From the NCBI GenBank assembly GCA_002633005.1, contig NMRA01000876.1, positions 1-53,009 on the forward strand: DNA of 53,009 bases, in the 5' to 3' direction. Made by a program: the position numbers and the translations under genes. The notes below the pieces were generated by a model. The model saw only the letters and a program-made list of their open reading frames with translations. It was not told where the DNA came from and made no database searches. This document shows, one piece after another, positions 1 through 12,044 of the stretch. Numbering within the stretch: the stretch's first letter is position 1; every line of letters begins with the position of its first letter. The stretch comes from Phoronis australis. Its lineage: Eukaryota; Animalia; Phoronida.

Positions 1-138
1 TTGAGGAAGCAAAAAAAGCACGAGTCACGAATTTTCAATTAACTGTTGCTGCAGCCGTAGGCAGTGCAAAAAGCACAATTGCTTTTTTACTGATGGGAGC
101 CGTGATATCTTGCCACATTTGTTTATTGCACGCACACT

Positions 139-798
139 CGCTAGACGTGTCTACAGTCCATGAAACAATAATGTCCGCCAGTGGCCGTCCGATGGGATTT
201 CGCTAGGTGGACTGTCTCCCTATCTACGGTCTCTGATAGTAGCACCAAAGATGCTGAAGTTAATGACGCCATGCCTAATCTGACAGCACCACTGACAATT
301 CCCTCTACAGTCACGGGCACAATAGGGTCCGCTGGGTGCAGACTTTTCGGCATCCCCACTTGACTTACTTTCTCATGCAAGTCAACAACTTTCTGAAATG
401 AATGAATACAAAAATACATCTACACATGTTAACTACCTACAACTGTCTACTTGTCCACACCAACATTTTTAACAAACAGCCTGGCTCAAGACTCATCCTC
501 TGATTTTCAGCAGTCCGCTTTTTTATAACTATAGTATGTAGNCCGGCATATCTTGTTTTGAAGTTACTTGACACAGCACTACCCTCAGAGGTATTCACTA
601 TGGGAAATCTATATGAACTACATGATCAGATAAAATATCTTGTCTCTGTGACCACTGACTACGAGTATCAGCCATATTCCTTTTTTCCCACACACACACC
701 CGCTAGACGTCTCTACGGTCCATGGAACAACAATGGCCGCCAGTGGCCGTCCAATAGGATTTCGCTAGGTGAAACGTCTCCCTCTCTACGGTCTCTGA
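139..798 (+). repeat. ~100-bp imperfect direct repeat (copies ~139-237 and ~701-798)
   Basis: cgctagacgtgtctacagtccatgaaacaataatgtccgccagtggccgtccgatgggatttcgctaggt...ctacggtctctgat recurs as cgctagacgtctctacggtccatggaacaacaatggccgccagtggccgtccaataggatttcgctaggt...ctacggtctctgat. Confidence 0.85.
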
Positions 799-991
799 TT
801 AAGTTTTTATGCATTATCGGATAACCAGGCAAAACCGAGGCACGAAAGGGGATTGGAGATTGAAAGACTGTTTAACGGGAGTACAATTCAAGATCCCATT
901 GAAAAATTATTGTTTTTCCCTTTCGATCCACAAACGGCGAAAGGTCGTGTGGCTTGTACTTATTCATTATTACTAGCGATCATTTGTACTA

Positions 992-3900
992 AAAAAGCAC
1001 ATGTTTAAGTACAAGGAAATTCCTGTGCAAATGTGGTTTAAAATGTTTGATACAAAAATATTACCGATCTTGTTATATGGTTCTGAGATTTCACCCCGTA
1101 CAAGACATTGAAATCGTACAAAATAAATTTTGCAAATTTTTATTGGGACTTGGTCAGCATGTCTCAAACGCTGCAATGAGTGGAGAGCTTGGTAGAGTGA
1201 CAATGAAGGTACATCTATTATTGAGAATTGTTAAATACTGGTTAAAAATTATCAATTTCCCAAGCCATCGTTATTTTAGGGTATGCTACAATGTGCAATA
1301 TGAAATGGGTGAGCAAAATAAGTCTTGCTGGGCTCTTAATGTCCTTCTCTCACGCGTTTTTAACCCTTATTACATGGTTAGAAGATGTTATAAGGATCCA
1401 ATAAGTACCTACCCCATAACTAATACACGATCCCTACTCGAAAACAGTTTAAATGAACGCGCCACTCACGATTCGCACCCGAAGAAACACCGCCATTTTG
1501 AACTTGCCGCGAACCCGGAAGTACAATTCATTCAGGAACTAAGGCCGAGAAAACGCCGTCAGTGCGACTGGAGCAGTGCCTGTACTGTTACCAGCCAGCA
1601 AACGGGGATAAAATAATCGACAGCGCGCCTTAATTTTGATAAAGTCAAACTACGGACAATTTTGACAGAAATTATTTTGCCAGACTCGGGACCGCAGCCT
1701 ATCGGACCCGGTGCGGATCGAGACCAGACACTTGCAAACGGTAAATGCATGCGGTTGCAAGCTGTTTTGTCGAAGTAAAATGGTCAAATCATAAATGCTG
1801 CATATATCCAAGGGTAGTTTCAGACACTTGCATGAAGTTACGGGCTGGTTAGTCCTGTGTCACACTGCCGCGGCAGACCTTAGTTAGCCTCAGTCACCAG
1901 CTGCCAGTGAAGACTATCGTCAAAATACAGCTTGTCAGTAGGCCTATACAGCTTTGCGCCAAGGCTGCCCTTAGGCCTAACTGGTCGCTGGCCACAGCGC
2001 TCGCTCAAACGAGGTTTATTTGGAACTTGGGTACTTCTGGCGAACTGTGCAAAGTTGTTGGCTTTCAATAGAGATTTTCCCAGACTTTGTATGAGCGCAC
2101 CAAGCCTAAAAGAATGGGGGGGGGGGGCTGGAATTTTTGGGAATGTCTATCTTTTACTATCTTTAAGTATGACAAGTCGAATACAACATGTTATCAATTT
2201 TTATTCATTAACCCAACATAATAAGTAACTTAAAATGCAAAATACTTTACATTTAGCATTACAAACACTATTCAACAGCAACAGTTTCCATGATATGAAA
2301 GTGGACATACATGTAACTATTACCATGGTGACGGAATAGTATTTCCTTACACCAGAATTTGACAAGCATCATTTAAAAAAATATGAAGTGTTGCAAGGAA
2401 CAAGAATTAGAGGCTTGAAGCTTCACAATCCAACATAGCTTATTTCTCAAATTAAGATTATTCATATTGTTGAGTTGATAACCTGAAATAATTCGAATAT
2501 ATCTTATATTTTTTGCACAAAAAAACCACGAAAATTGAACAAAGTTTCTTTTTTGTAGCAACGTTTGTCAAAATGTATCAACGTTAAATCTTCACAAATT
2601 ACAAAGTAGCCGATTGAACATGCCTTTGAGCTCAGCAAGTCGCCATGTTGTCGGTGCCGCCAGAAATGAGACGAAGTCCAACGGGAATTGTGAGCACATT
2701 TATCACTTAAAGAGTAACAACTGCGAGGCTGAAATTTGGTGAACACTGTTAAATCGTGCAGAATAGTAAGTAAAGATATGTCTAACTAAATTTCACCGTA
2801 ATTTGTTGGCGAAACAATTTACACAAAGTTATAAACTCGTAACTTATCCCGCTGTCCTCCAATATGTCCGACGCGATCCAAACAAATTGACCCAAATTTC
2901 ACCACAAAACTTGCAATAACTTTACAGTGCTTGCCCCGATTTTGATACTTTTTCGATTTTTACTGAGTAGAATGCACTACCTTTCCGATGATAGCAAAGT
3001 ATTTTTTCAAAACTAGGAAAAAAATAAAACCGAAAAAAAATTGGTTCGACCCATATTGGTTCCTAGGTTCGAACCGGCCTACGTAAGGAACTAAACACCA
3101 ATGCTATTTTAACATACTAAGTACGCGTAACATTCCAAAAAATTCAACGACCACTAACTACAAACTATAAATACACTACATATGCGAACGAATCACGAGA
3201 TATTACTAACAAAACAAAATAATGAAGACTTTTCGAGCAAGCCATAGCACATTCAGTTACAAGGAAAAAATGGCGGCTTTCAGGACAAGTTCCTGAACTG
3301 ATGAGCCGGAAATGTGGGTACGGAAATAACCGATAACAACCGGTAATCATACGCTCAGAGAGAAGGGTCAAATACTGTTAAAAATCGCTTTTGGCAAGAA
3401 AGGCGAAAAGAATATAAAGAAAGGGTGTCGAAAATAAGAATTTATGTAGTAAGCATTTTCGGATACTGGAACCACATGGGCAGTTTGAGAGAAGGACTTT
3501 AATGTTAAACGATTGTTATTTGCTTATGGGTTTGGAGTTGTTTGGATACAACAAGGTGTTGGCGATGCTGCCTCATTTATAAGTGAATTTAAACAATGAT
3601 GCTTTGATATTGACATCCAGGATTGGAGAAACAATATTTTTTCTCAATCTTTAGATGTTTACAAAACAATTAAATGTAACTTTGTAGTAGAAAAATACGT
3701 AACATGTTTAGAAAATAGACTTCATAGAATTGCCCTTGCAAGGTTTAGATGCTCCGCACATTCGTTAATGATTATCCAGGGAAGGTTCAGTGGATTTGAC
3801 AGAGAAGACAGATTATGTCCCTGCTGTGACAGTGGGAAAGTGGAAACGGAATTCCACTTTCTTCTCGAATGCAATTTATATTCGGATTTACGAGTGCGGT

Positions 3901-4134
3901 TTTTACCAAGGTACGATAAGGTGGAAGATACAGTATTCAGAAATGTTCTACAGACTCATGACTTAAATGTTCTGAGAAAAGTTGCTAGATATTTAGTTAA
4001 TGCGGAGAAACGCCGAAATGAGTTCCTTGATATGAATTAATTTAGACTTGAAAAATTATTGTACTCTCTTTGTGTTATATATTGTAATGTGGGCCGGAGG
4101 CCTGTTACATGAAATAAAAATAAAAAAAAAATTC
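992..4134 (+). mobile_element. 5'-truncated, decayed non-LTR retrotransposon (LINE) ORF2 C-terminus, interrupted at 1340-3498
   Basis: Reads MFDTKILPILLYGSE / IEIVQNKFCKFLLG...GELGR...RIVKYWLKI...CWA-LN. After the insert it continues VKRLLFAYGFGVVWIQQGV...RIALARFRCSAHSL..IQGR...CPCCDSGKVETEFHFLLEC, the C-terminal CCHC zinc knuckle of LINE ORF2. Stop at 4040, A-rich tail at ~4112-4131. Flanking near-duplicate cgatcatttgtacta (977-991) / cgatcatttttacta (4135-4149). Clade uncertain (RTE-X-like is my inference). Confidence 0.85.
1340..3498. mobile_element. Non-autonomous TTAA-targeting DNA transposon (Kolobok-like) inserted in the LINE
   Basis: TIR tGTCCTTCTCTCA (1340-1352) / TGAGAGAAGGACt (3486-3498). 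TTAA at 1336-1339 and 3499-3502. Removing the element plus one TTAA restores the LINE frame W-A-L-N-V-K-R-L-L. Confidence 0.85.
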
Positions 4135-4274
4135 CGATCATTTTTACTAGCGATTAATTTTTACTTGCGATTTTTGCGTGGCGGTGAAATTTCCCCGTCA
4201 CGATTAGTTGTGTGGCGGTCAGTTTGAGTATGATTTACGAGTGGCGGGGCCAAAAACGAGCGTGGCGGGCCGCC

Positions 4275-4432
4275 CAGTGCTGTAGCGGTAAAATTATAGG
4301 TAAGTAGGCGCCCAGAGTCCACCGTATCACCTTGAGCACTGAACGTAACTTACGGTGCGTAGGCGCTACGTTCAAATGCCTGAAAAGGTGGTTGGCTGCG
4401 CCAACGTGCACCTACGCCCCACTACAGCACTG
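4275..4432. mobile_element. 158-bp hAT-type MITE
   Basis: TIR CAGTGCTGTAGcGG / CCaCTACAGCACTG; perfect 8-bp TSD GGGCCGCC at 4267-4274 and 4433-4440. Confidence 0.85.
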
Positions 4433-4697
4433 GGGCCGCCCAGAAGTTTACACGAAGGGGAAACGCTGATCATGACATCATACAGAAGAGTATACATGTA
4501 GCTACATATATCTACCTTTAAGTCACAATCACAAATTCCCCGCCTCGATGGTATTAAATAATTAAGTGATGAGGTCGGGATCATCGAAAATGCAATTCCA
4601 CACGAGTTCGCATTTTGTGATAGCCAAAGTAACAAGAACACAAATAATAAAACAACAGATTCTTAACAATTAACTAGCTCATTTCTGGCTCACTATA

Positions 4698-4880
4698 ATT
4701 GACCTATCGCAATCTCCGCCCCCTTGCGTTATGTCGACAAACAAACAAAACATTCACCGTTCTGCCCGGCGACGTGTTGTTTGTGAGGTAAAATGGCGGC
4801 GTGGAAACCAATGTGTGTCAAGAATGCTGCGTTCTGACTGGTCAGTTAGCCGTCACTCAAAATCCCGGCGATAGGTCAAT
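4698..4880. mobile_element. ~183-bp MITE
   Basis: Perfect 13-bp TIR ATTGACCTATCGC (4698-4710) / GCGATAGGTCAAT (4868-4880); TSD not clearly resolved. Confidence 0.6.
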
Positions 4881-5549
4881 ATTGCAACACGCGACTAAGC
4901 CGAGATACTGGATGACTGTCGACACAGTGATTTCTGCGGGTGTGCCGTTATCCTTCCAAAGGCCCATTCTCCTGAGACGGCTATGTAACAAAGAGAGACT
5001 GAGGTTCGTGGTGGTTCCACATCAGGAAGATGATTATGCACACTAGTTTCATTGGCATACAAAGTAAATGAGTTAGTAGATGAAATACACATTTGATCTT
5101 TAACCAATTTTATCAAGAAAACCGAGGCTGACGAAACTGAAAAAATCCACCCCTTCGTCAAGTAACCAAATCTGGATAGAGTTGAGTAACGCTAGGACCT
5201 GGGCAAAAAATCAAGACTTCGCGAGATTACGTGATATATTGCCGTGTGTTTTCAATGAGAACAATCATGTGATTTTGGCTAAGTTTTCTTTCCGCGACTT
5301 ACTGCACAGTTCCGTATACTCTCCTATGAGCTATACATTTATCTCCTGTGTACTTTCACGATCAAGGTTATTGTCTGATTCTTAAACATACTTCTGCATG
5401 ACGTCTATGTATTATGTACATAGTATTCTAACTCTGGGGCTAGAGTTCGTTGATGTATTCTGAGAAACTTTTGTTTTCAGTTCTTTCCCGTTGATTTGTT
5501 GTGTGTTCGCGTGCAGAATTCAGTTTAATATACAATTTGCGATGAAACA

Positions 5550-5555
5550 TTTATT
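5550..5555 (-). promoter_or_regulatory. Candidate polyadenylation signal of the LRR-Ig gene
   Basis: tttatt on + is AATAAA on -, ~870 nt downstream of the LRR-Ig stop codon. Confidence 0.3.
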
Positions 5556-6420
5556 GAAAGTAAGCAACTGAGGTATACAACACATTTCACAGATACAGAA
5601 AACTTTCTGTCAATCAAAAGTTAAAAAATGCACATGCTAGTTTCATGAGTTTGCTTGACACTCAGTGACAACCGTCATTCCTTTGTTATCCACTAGTCGT
5701 TAATTGCCACACACAGTTTCCATAAAGGCCTAGCCTAGCGCTTACAAACGTGTTTTTAGACCAATTCGCCTAACAGAAACATGCTTCGAAAAAGTGATCA
5801 TGGAGCGACTTCGAAATCGTTTACACACCGGGCCTCAGGTCCAATTGGAAAATGTGGGCAGTGTAGGGTGGCTTCACTTTTGCAATTTTCGCCCGCTTTG
5901 AGTTGCGCTGAAATATTTGAAAAAACTTCTTAAGAAGTTTTCACTGGTAATCTAGTTGTTGAACTTTCTGCAAAGAGAAACATAGTAGGTATTTCAAACT
6001 CATGACCCTTCAAGTCCACGACTGCAGCTGGTGGACGACACAAGTCTTCGAAAGATGACTGTCATTCGTTCCGAACAACTCCAATGACTCGCTTAGATGC
6101 AAAGTCACTTCGAGGGAAGCGTTCCGTAGACTAGACGCCAGACACTGGGGAGTGAGGATAGAGTTGCCATTGCATGTAATTCATGGCATTAACTTTCAAA
6201 CATTTTCGTGGAGTCCCCTTTTCCGGAGAAATTGCTACCGGAACCCACGCCGGGAAACAGGATGTTTCCGAAAGACCTCCGTTCAGTGTCCTCTCGAGCG
6301 AATAAAAACAAATTCGGTATTAGACTGATAAGCAGAAAGAAAACGCTTTGTATAAGAAAGAGATGTCTAAGAATTCATAATCATACCATTCGCCATTTCG
6401 TTCGCAAAATCTCCCACGTA

Positions 6421-9189
6421 CTATTCATCTGTCTGTTCACATCGACAAGTGTCTGACGCCTGACGCTCACGTCGTATTCTAGTGAATCTAGAACACAAGA
6501 GCTGTTTAATGAAGCAGCAAAACGGTGCACATATTATGCCAGCCACTGCGCCGACAATTGTGAACACAATATCCATGACCGTCATTTTGCCTTTTCGGCT
6601 CGACTTGCATGACAATGGAGTGCGAACAGAACTTGAACTTATCAAATTTACAGTTTCACAACTGTAGTCTGCCAAGGACAACTGGTCACTCTGAAAACGG
6701 ACAGATCCGGTGTTCTCTAACACAGAGCGGTTTTCCAACGGTTGGAATTCAATAACTTCATTTGACGGTGTGGTAATCTTTATCATCGGCGCTGGGTCAC
6801 CAGAGGCCGTGCAACTAACCTCGACGTATCCTTCGTGAACTCTAAACTGCAGACGAGGCTGGGACGTTTTTCTACACACAAGTGTTTTACCAATAAAAGT
6901 GTCAATAGGGAAACTTTTCTTGAAAGGAGTTTTACACTCTATAAATCTGTGGTAATTGACAACACTTTTAAGTTTTTCTTGGAACTCGTTCAACTCACAG
7001 TTACAATGAATTGGATTTCCACTCAAGTAGAAGACATTTGAACCAAACTCAGCAGAAACAGTTTGGATTTTGTTATTTTCCAATTTTACTACACGTAAGT
7101 TCGCCATTCCTGCAAACGATTCGTATTCTACGAATACTAATTCATTGTTGTTGAGGTCAATTTCGCTGAGCGTGTTGACACAATCAAACACATTTTTGAA
7201 AATATTTCGAATGCGATTGTGATCTAGTTTAACATACCGCAATTGTTTTAGATTGCAAAAAGTACCTTTTTGTAAGTCAACGATTTGATTTTGTGAAAGA
7301 ACAAGAGTAGTCAGCACCATGAAATATCTGGAAAAAATATTGCGGTTAACGGTTGCGATGTTATTGTTTTGAAGTTGAAGGGACTCCAAATTATACATGA
7401 AGACGAAACATTCGTTGTCTAATTGGTTTATCTCATTAAAACCAAGAGACAGTTTTCTAAGATTGAAGAGTCCCCACAGCCACTCTTTGCTTACTGTCTT
7501 AATGTTATTGCCGTGAAGATCTAGCTCTTCCAGCTTCCTTAAGTTCTTGAAGGAATACCGCTGAATCGACACTATGGTGTTATTTGATACATCAAGTACT
7601 ATTAGGTCAGATAAAGGTGAAAACATCGATGGAGATATGTAACGAAGAAAGTTATCAGCTAAAGTCAGCTCTGTCGTATTTAATTGCCACCAAAAGGCCT
7701 GTTCCAGGATTTCGATGATATTGCAGCCTCTGAAGTTTAACTTTTGACTTCTTACATTCTTAAGGAATTCCTTTGATAAACTTATATTATTCATTCTACT
7801 ATTAACCACTCTAAGTCCAAGAAACCAAACGCTATTTATATTCGGTGATTTGGGCGTTTCCATGACTACGGACGGTAAGCTAACGGTAGTGGTCATATTT
7901 TTTATAGTTAGCGTGAAATCCGATAATCCACCTAACTTCATTTTTGTCAAACTCGCGACAGCGTCAACTTCAAGATCAAGACATTGAAGATTCTTCATGT
8001 CCACGAAAACGTCTTCATGAACGGATGTAATGATGTTACCAGATAACAACAATGTCGACAATTTTGTTAGATTTGAAAATGTTTCCCGTTTCAAATTTGT
8101 GAGCAAGTTATGCGATATGTCTAATACGATCAAATTATTAAGGTTAACCGTATCAAAAGTTTCCAGCTCGTTAGAGCTTAAAAAAAGATGAGTTAAATTG
8201 TGCAACCCTTTAAATAATTCTTTTGGTAAGTTACGTACCAAATTTCCCTCCAACCTGATGTAACGTAAACTCCGAAGAGTTCGAAATGCACTAGGTTGAA
8301 TTTCGCGGATACTATTTTTGCTGATAACCAAATCCTTAAGCTCTTGAAGACCATCGAAATAGAGCTTTGAAATGTATGTCAGATTGTTCAGTTCCATGTT
8401 TAATGTTCTCAGACGATAGGTGTCAGTAAAGGCCGACGTGCCAATGGTCGCTATCTCGTTCCTCTTTATTTGTAGAAACACAAGATGTCCGAGACCAAGA
8501 AACGCAGTTGGTGTGATCTCTTGCAAGCAGTTGTCTGACAACACAAGATTCTTTAAATGTATTAAATGAGCAAACGGTCCATTCTTCAATTTTTTAACTC
8601 TGTTGAAGCTGACATCCAACCTCACCAGATTGCTTAAACCCTTGAACACATCCATCGAAATGTTACTCAGTTTGTTCCTCCTGAGTTGTAAGGTTTTTAG
8701 ATTGGAAAGGGTTTTGAATGAATTATCTTGAACAATTGTTATCAAATTTTCCTGCAAGTTCAGTAGTGCGAGTGAAGAGAGACCATGGAATGTCATTTCC
8801 TGTATCTCCGTTATTTTGTTCTTGGCCAGATGGAGCGCCTCCACATCCACCATTCGCTCAAATGCTCCATCGTCTATCCTGCTCACATTGTTACCTTTCA
8901 AGCTAAGATGCTTAACACCATCCAGTCCTCGTAGGAAGTCTTTTCTTATATGTGAGATCTGGTTTTCATCGAGTTGCAAGCTTCTCACCTTAAACGAGAG
9001 GTTGTTGAATTTATTGCCTGAAATCTCCCGAATTCCACACCTGGCTAAGTTGATGTTACCCCATCGATGTTTGGCCTGAATAACAGACTCTGAAACTATT
9101 GAACAATCTATTGCCCCGGCTAGGCAAATACACTTATAAAAAGATACAGCTGTGATCAGAAATAGGATGAAATTGTTCCTAAGAGCCAT
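6421..9189 (-). CDS. Leucine-rich repeat, Ig-like and transmembrane domain protein (LIG-type cell-surface receptor/adhesion protein), ~922 aa, single coding exon
   Basis: First ATG of the 932-codon ORF is at 9189 (MALRNNFILFLITAVSFYKCICLAGA, signal peptide-like). About 25 LxxLxLxxNxI repeats, LRRCT (LSGNPIHCNC...ECKTP), Ig-like domain (VEVSCTASGDPAP...DYSCETVN), TM helix (IVFTIVGAVAGIICAPFCCFI) and a short basic tail. No TIR domain. Confidence 0.93.
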   Translation of the reverse strand: MALRNNFILFLITAVSFYKCICLAGAIDCSIVSESVIQAKHRWGNINLARCGIREISGNKFNNLSFKVRSLQLDENQISHIRKDFLRGLDGVKHLSLKGNNVSRIDDGAFERMVDVEALHLAKNKITEIQEMTFHGLSSLALLNLQENLITIVQDNSFKTLSNLKTLQLRRNKLSNISMDVFKGLSNLVRLDVSFNRVKKLKNGPFAHLIHLKNLVLSDNCLQEITPTAFLGLGHLVFLQIKRNEIATIGTSAFTDTYRLRTLNMELNNLTYISKLYFDGLQELKDLVISKNSIREIQPSAFRTLRSLRYIRLEGNLVRNLPKELFKGLHNLTHLFLSSNELETFDTVNLNNLIVLDISHNLLTNLKRETFSNLTKLSTLLLSGNIITSVHEDVFVDMKNLQCLDLEVDAVASLTKMKLGGLSDFTLTIKNMTTTVSLPSVVMETPKSPNINSVWFLGLRVVNSRMNNISLSKEFLKNVRSQKLNFRGCNIIEILEQAFWWQLNTTELTLADNFLRYISPSMFSPLSDLIVLDVSNNTIVSIQRYSFKNLRKLEELDLHGNNIKTVSKEWLWGLFNLRKLSLGFNEINQLDNECFVFMYNLESLQLQNNNIATVNRNIFSRYFMVLTTLVLSQNQIVDLQKGTFCNLKQLRYVKLDHNRIRNIFKNVFDCVNTLSEIDLNNNELVFVEYESFAGMANLRVVKLENNKIQTVSAEFGSNVFYLSGNPIHCNCELNEFQEKLKSVVNYHRFIECKTPFKKSFPIDTFIGKTLVCRKTSQPRLQFRVHEGYVEVSCTASGDPAPMIKITTPSNEVIEFQPLENRSVLENTGSVRFQSDQLSLADYSCETVNLISSSSVRTPLSCKSSRKGKMTVMDIVFTIVGAVAGIICAPFCCFIKQLLCSRFTRIRRERQASDTCRCEQTDE

Positions 9190-9589
9190 TAGCAACGTCG
9201 ATGTAGGCGGTGACTTCAAATGGAAAATAGTAAATCAAAAGTAATCAGTGTCTTATATATATACCTTAACGCAAATTCATCCATCACAGTTTTCCCCATA
9301 TTTTAGAAAATTAGTTCTCAGAGGATGACATGTTGTGTTTAACACAAACTTTAAGAAAGTGACGTAAACATGTGTGGCTTTGTAAATTAGTGTTATATAA
9401 CATTTTCTGGGGTAAAGGGCATTAGTCTGTGCAGTGATATTGAGGGGCTTGTACGCAGTACGTGCTACGATCACTGTAAGTGTGTTAATAAATAATTTAA
9501 ACAAATGGCGGTGTCATTATTCAATGCCAATCAAACAACACTTTTCAGATGTAACGTAACCAACCACTCTTGGCGCTTTTTGTGTTCAT

Positions 9590-9643
9590 CTTTTCCCGGC
9601 ACCTGAAAAGGAGCCTTTCCTTTTCCCGGCATCTGAAAAGGAG
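9590..9643 (+). repeat. 30-bp-period tandem duplication
   Basis: cttttcccggcacctgaaaaggagc...cttttcccggcatctgaaaaggagc. Confidence 0.7.
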
Positions 9644-10295
9644 CATGAAAATAATAGCCAAGGAGACCACATACCAGCACTGCCTTCGTATGAACGAGTG
9701 CAATGAATCCATTTTCGAAATAACATGTTTTGTTACGAGTCCAACAATTGCAGGATCTGAGCGTGTTCTACACTCTTTCTCAGTCATGCAACTTCGGGTA
9801 CTTTACAATATGGGCGGCGCTGTGTTTTATCAGCCCGTATAACTGTAACCCTGGAATGCCAACTGCGGTCTCGCGGCTGCTGAGCTTTCGCCGTGCATGC
9901 GTGACAGTTGTTTGCTTTCGTTTGTTCCGGCGTGTGTACTTGCTACGGAATTTACTGTCATTAAAAATTTCGCAACTCCAGCGTTTTTCAACCGAATTGC
10001 GTAAGAGCCATGTCATTAGAAAGCCCTTTGTCAGTTGTTGATTATTATACCAAAAGCAAAAGATAAATAATTTAATTCAGAAGTAATTGTCATTTCGCAT
10101 ACCTCACTGGTTTAAAGATATTTGTCATTCTAAAAACCAAAAGTGTTGCCGAAATGCGAAACAGCGTGTAATGAACCAGAAAAGTTATAAAAATTACTAG
10201 TTAAGCCATTAGGGAAACAATTTCAAGGATTCAAAAGGTTTCTATCCTATAGAGACAAAGGTTTTAGAATATGGGTGGATAATTTACTCAGGCAT

Positions 10296-10710
10296 TCGTA
10301 GCTCATTCACATACTCCTCTTATCCTAAGCAAGCATTTAGCTCCAATAGGTCTAGGGCGGTGTCCAAAAGTCAAATTATCGCATAGAATTGGCCATAATT
10401 CGGTGCACCATAAAGACATACGTTTAAGTTAAGCCAACCTTCTGTTGAAGTGGCCATTTACAAAAATTACTAAAATTGTTTTTTAAATGCTTCATAAATT
10501 CACGTACTGTGTTTGAACAACTACAAAATGAGCTCTCCTTAACTCTACAGGCGTAGTGTATACTAAAGGTTCTCATGAAAAAGTAAGTTTGAGTTTATTT
10601 TTTCGTGACAACAGCTCGTACGAGTCTTTGAGTTCAGTAATCTAGTGCCCTTCCTGCATGTGCCGATCGAATCTATCAATTGTGGTGAGAAGTTCAGTTG
10701 AACGCCATCA
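10296..10710 (-). repeat. Dispersed ~0.4-0.5 kb interspersed repeat, inverted copy of 48995-49491
   Basis: Shared blocks include gagctctccttaactctacaggcgtagtgtatact vs agtatacactacgcctgtagagttaaggagagctc, and gtgcaccataaagaca vs tgtctttatggtgcac. Confidence 0.85.
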
Positions 10711-10841
10711 TATGCTGACCGTGTGTAAGCCAACCATGCAGGCCTCGAACTTATATTTAAGTGTACGTTTAACAACCCGTTAGCGAGAGAAAGGGAATGG
10801 AACCTTCATATGTAATCAGTACTAGATACGCATAACTGTTG

Positions 10842-10845
<4 letters not shown>

Positions 10846-10886
<41 letters not shown>

Positions 10887-10891
10887 NGTGT
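10846..10891. repeat. (TG)n microsatellite
   Basis: Pure TG run containing one N at 10887. Confidence 0.95.
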
Positions 10892-11709
10892 TTCATTGAA
10901 AAGTAAGCTGTTCTTGGCCTTAGATAGCTTGTTCAAAAACTTGCCTATTGTCTACATAAATGTCTTTCTTCAGATGGCAGTTGAAATAGTGGATCGCCGA
11001 GTGTGAGTGCCATCACGAACACAAATATATGAGTATGTATAAATTAAAACACTGTACAAAACATTTCATGATAAAACAGTTGCTGTACTTCGGACCTCGC
11101 AAAGTTTCTGACTGGTAGTAAACGTATGGTTTCGTGGACTATGAAGTGCCAAAGGGTTTTAACGAATTCCAACCGTGACCCTGTGTCTCATAAATAATCT
11201 TATTTATTAATCTTAAGAGATTTAAAAGCCTTTAGTTGCAAAGAAAAAACCCCAAAATAAAAAATATAATCTTCCGCTATCGAGGTTGTACGTAATGGGT
11301 GAAAGACCGTCTCCGTCTTGTTGTTTTTAGCAGTGCGTCACTGAGTTGTGAGGAAAGTTTGTGTAGAGCCGATTTATTCAGACATGAAAAGGTGCGTTTT
11401 TGGAGGCTGTAGAAACAGCGACTTGACCGAGAACGTCTATGTGTTCAAATTTCCTTAAGACGCGGAAGTTCCACCGAAACGGCGTCGGTTTGTGCGCAGT
11501 ACGAGAGCGTGGAATGTCAGTGTGAAACATGCGATTCGATTGGGAGCCACTCTTTGTTCGTCATCTTTCAAGGAATCGTGTTTCGACCAAACACAAAAGT
11601 GGCGTTACAATGAAGGACTCGCGACCTTGTTATTTATTTGAAAATTTTATAAATGACGAACAAACACCTTCCTTTCTAGGGCGAATGAAGCCAGGCCCTC
11701 ATCCCCTGC

Positions 11710-11778
11710 CCAGATCGAGTGCTACGACACGTTATAGGGTTATCCAGATCGAGTGCTACGACACGTTATGGGGTTATG
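11710..11778 (+). repeat. 34-bp tandem duplication
   Basis: ccagatcgagtgctacgacacgttata/ggggttat occurs twice in tandem. Confidence 0.8.
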
Positions 11779-11850
11779 TATTGCCAGTTTATTATATCTG
11801 TAAATATGTACACTGTGCATTTTTCTGTCTGTATTACTTAACTGATACAT

Positions 11851-11906
11851 ATGTATGCATGTATGTATGTATGTATGCATGTGTGTGTATGAGCGCGCGT
11901 GTTTGC

Positions 11907-11957
<51 letters not shown>
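11851..11957. repeat. Compound (ATGT)n/(TG)n microsatellite
   Basis: Direct inspection. Confidence 0.95.
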
Positions 11958-11960
<3 letters not shown>

Positions 11961-12044
11961 AATATTTTGACGCCCATATATGCTTTAAAAGTGTTATTAT
12001 TGTAAATTGAATTTTTTGTGATGAACATTAAAAAGCTAGATGGT

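Noticed and set aside
1047-1616. 189-aa ORF as a real gene
   Set aside because: It is a chimera of a frameshifted LINE ORF2 fragment and read-through into the inserted TTAA element
9190-9219. TTG start extending the LRR protein to 932 aa
   Set aside because: This is a eukaryotic locus; the ATG at 9189 directly precedes a signal peptide
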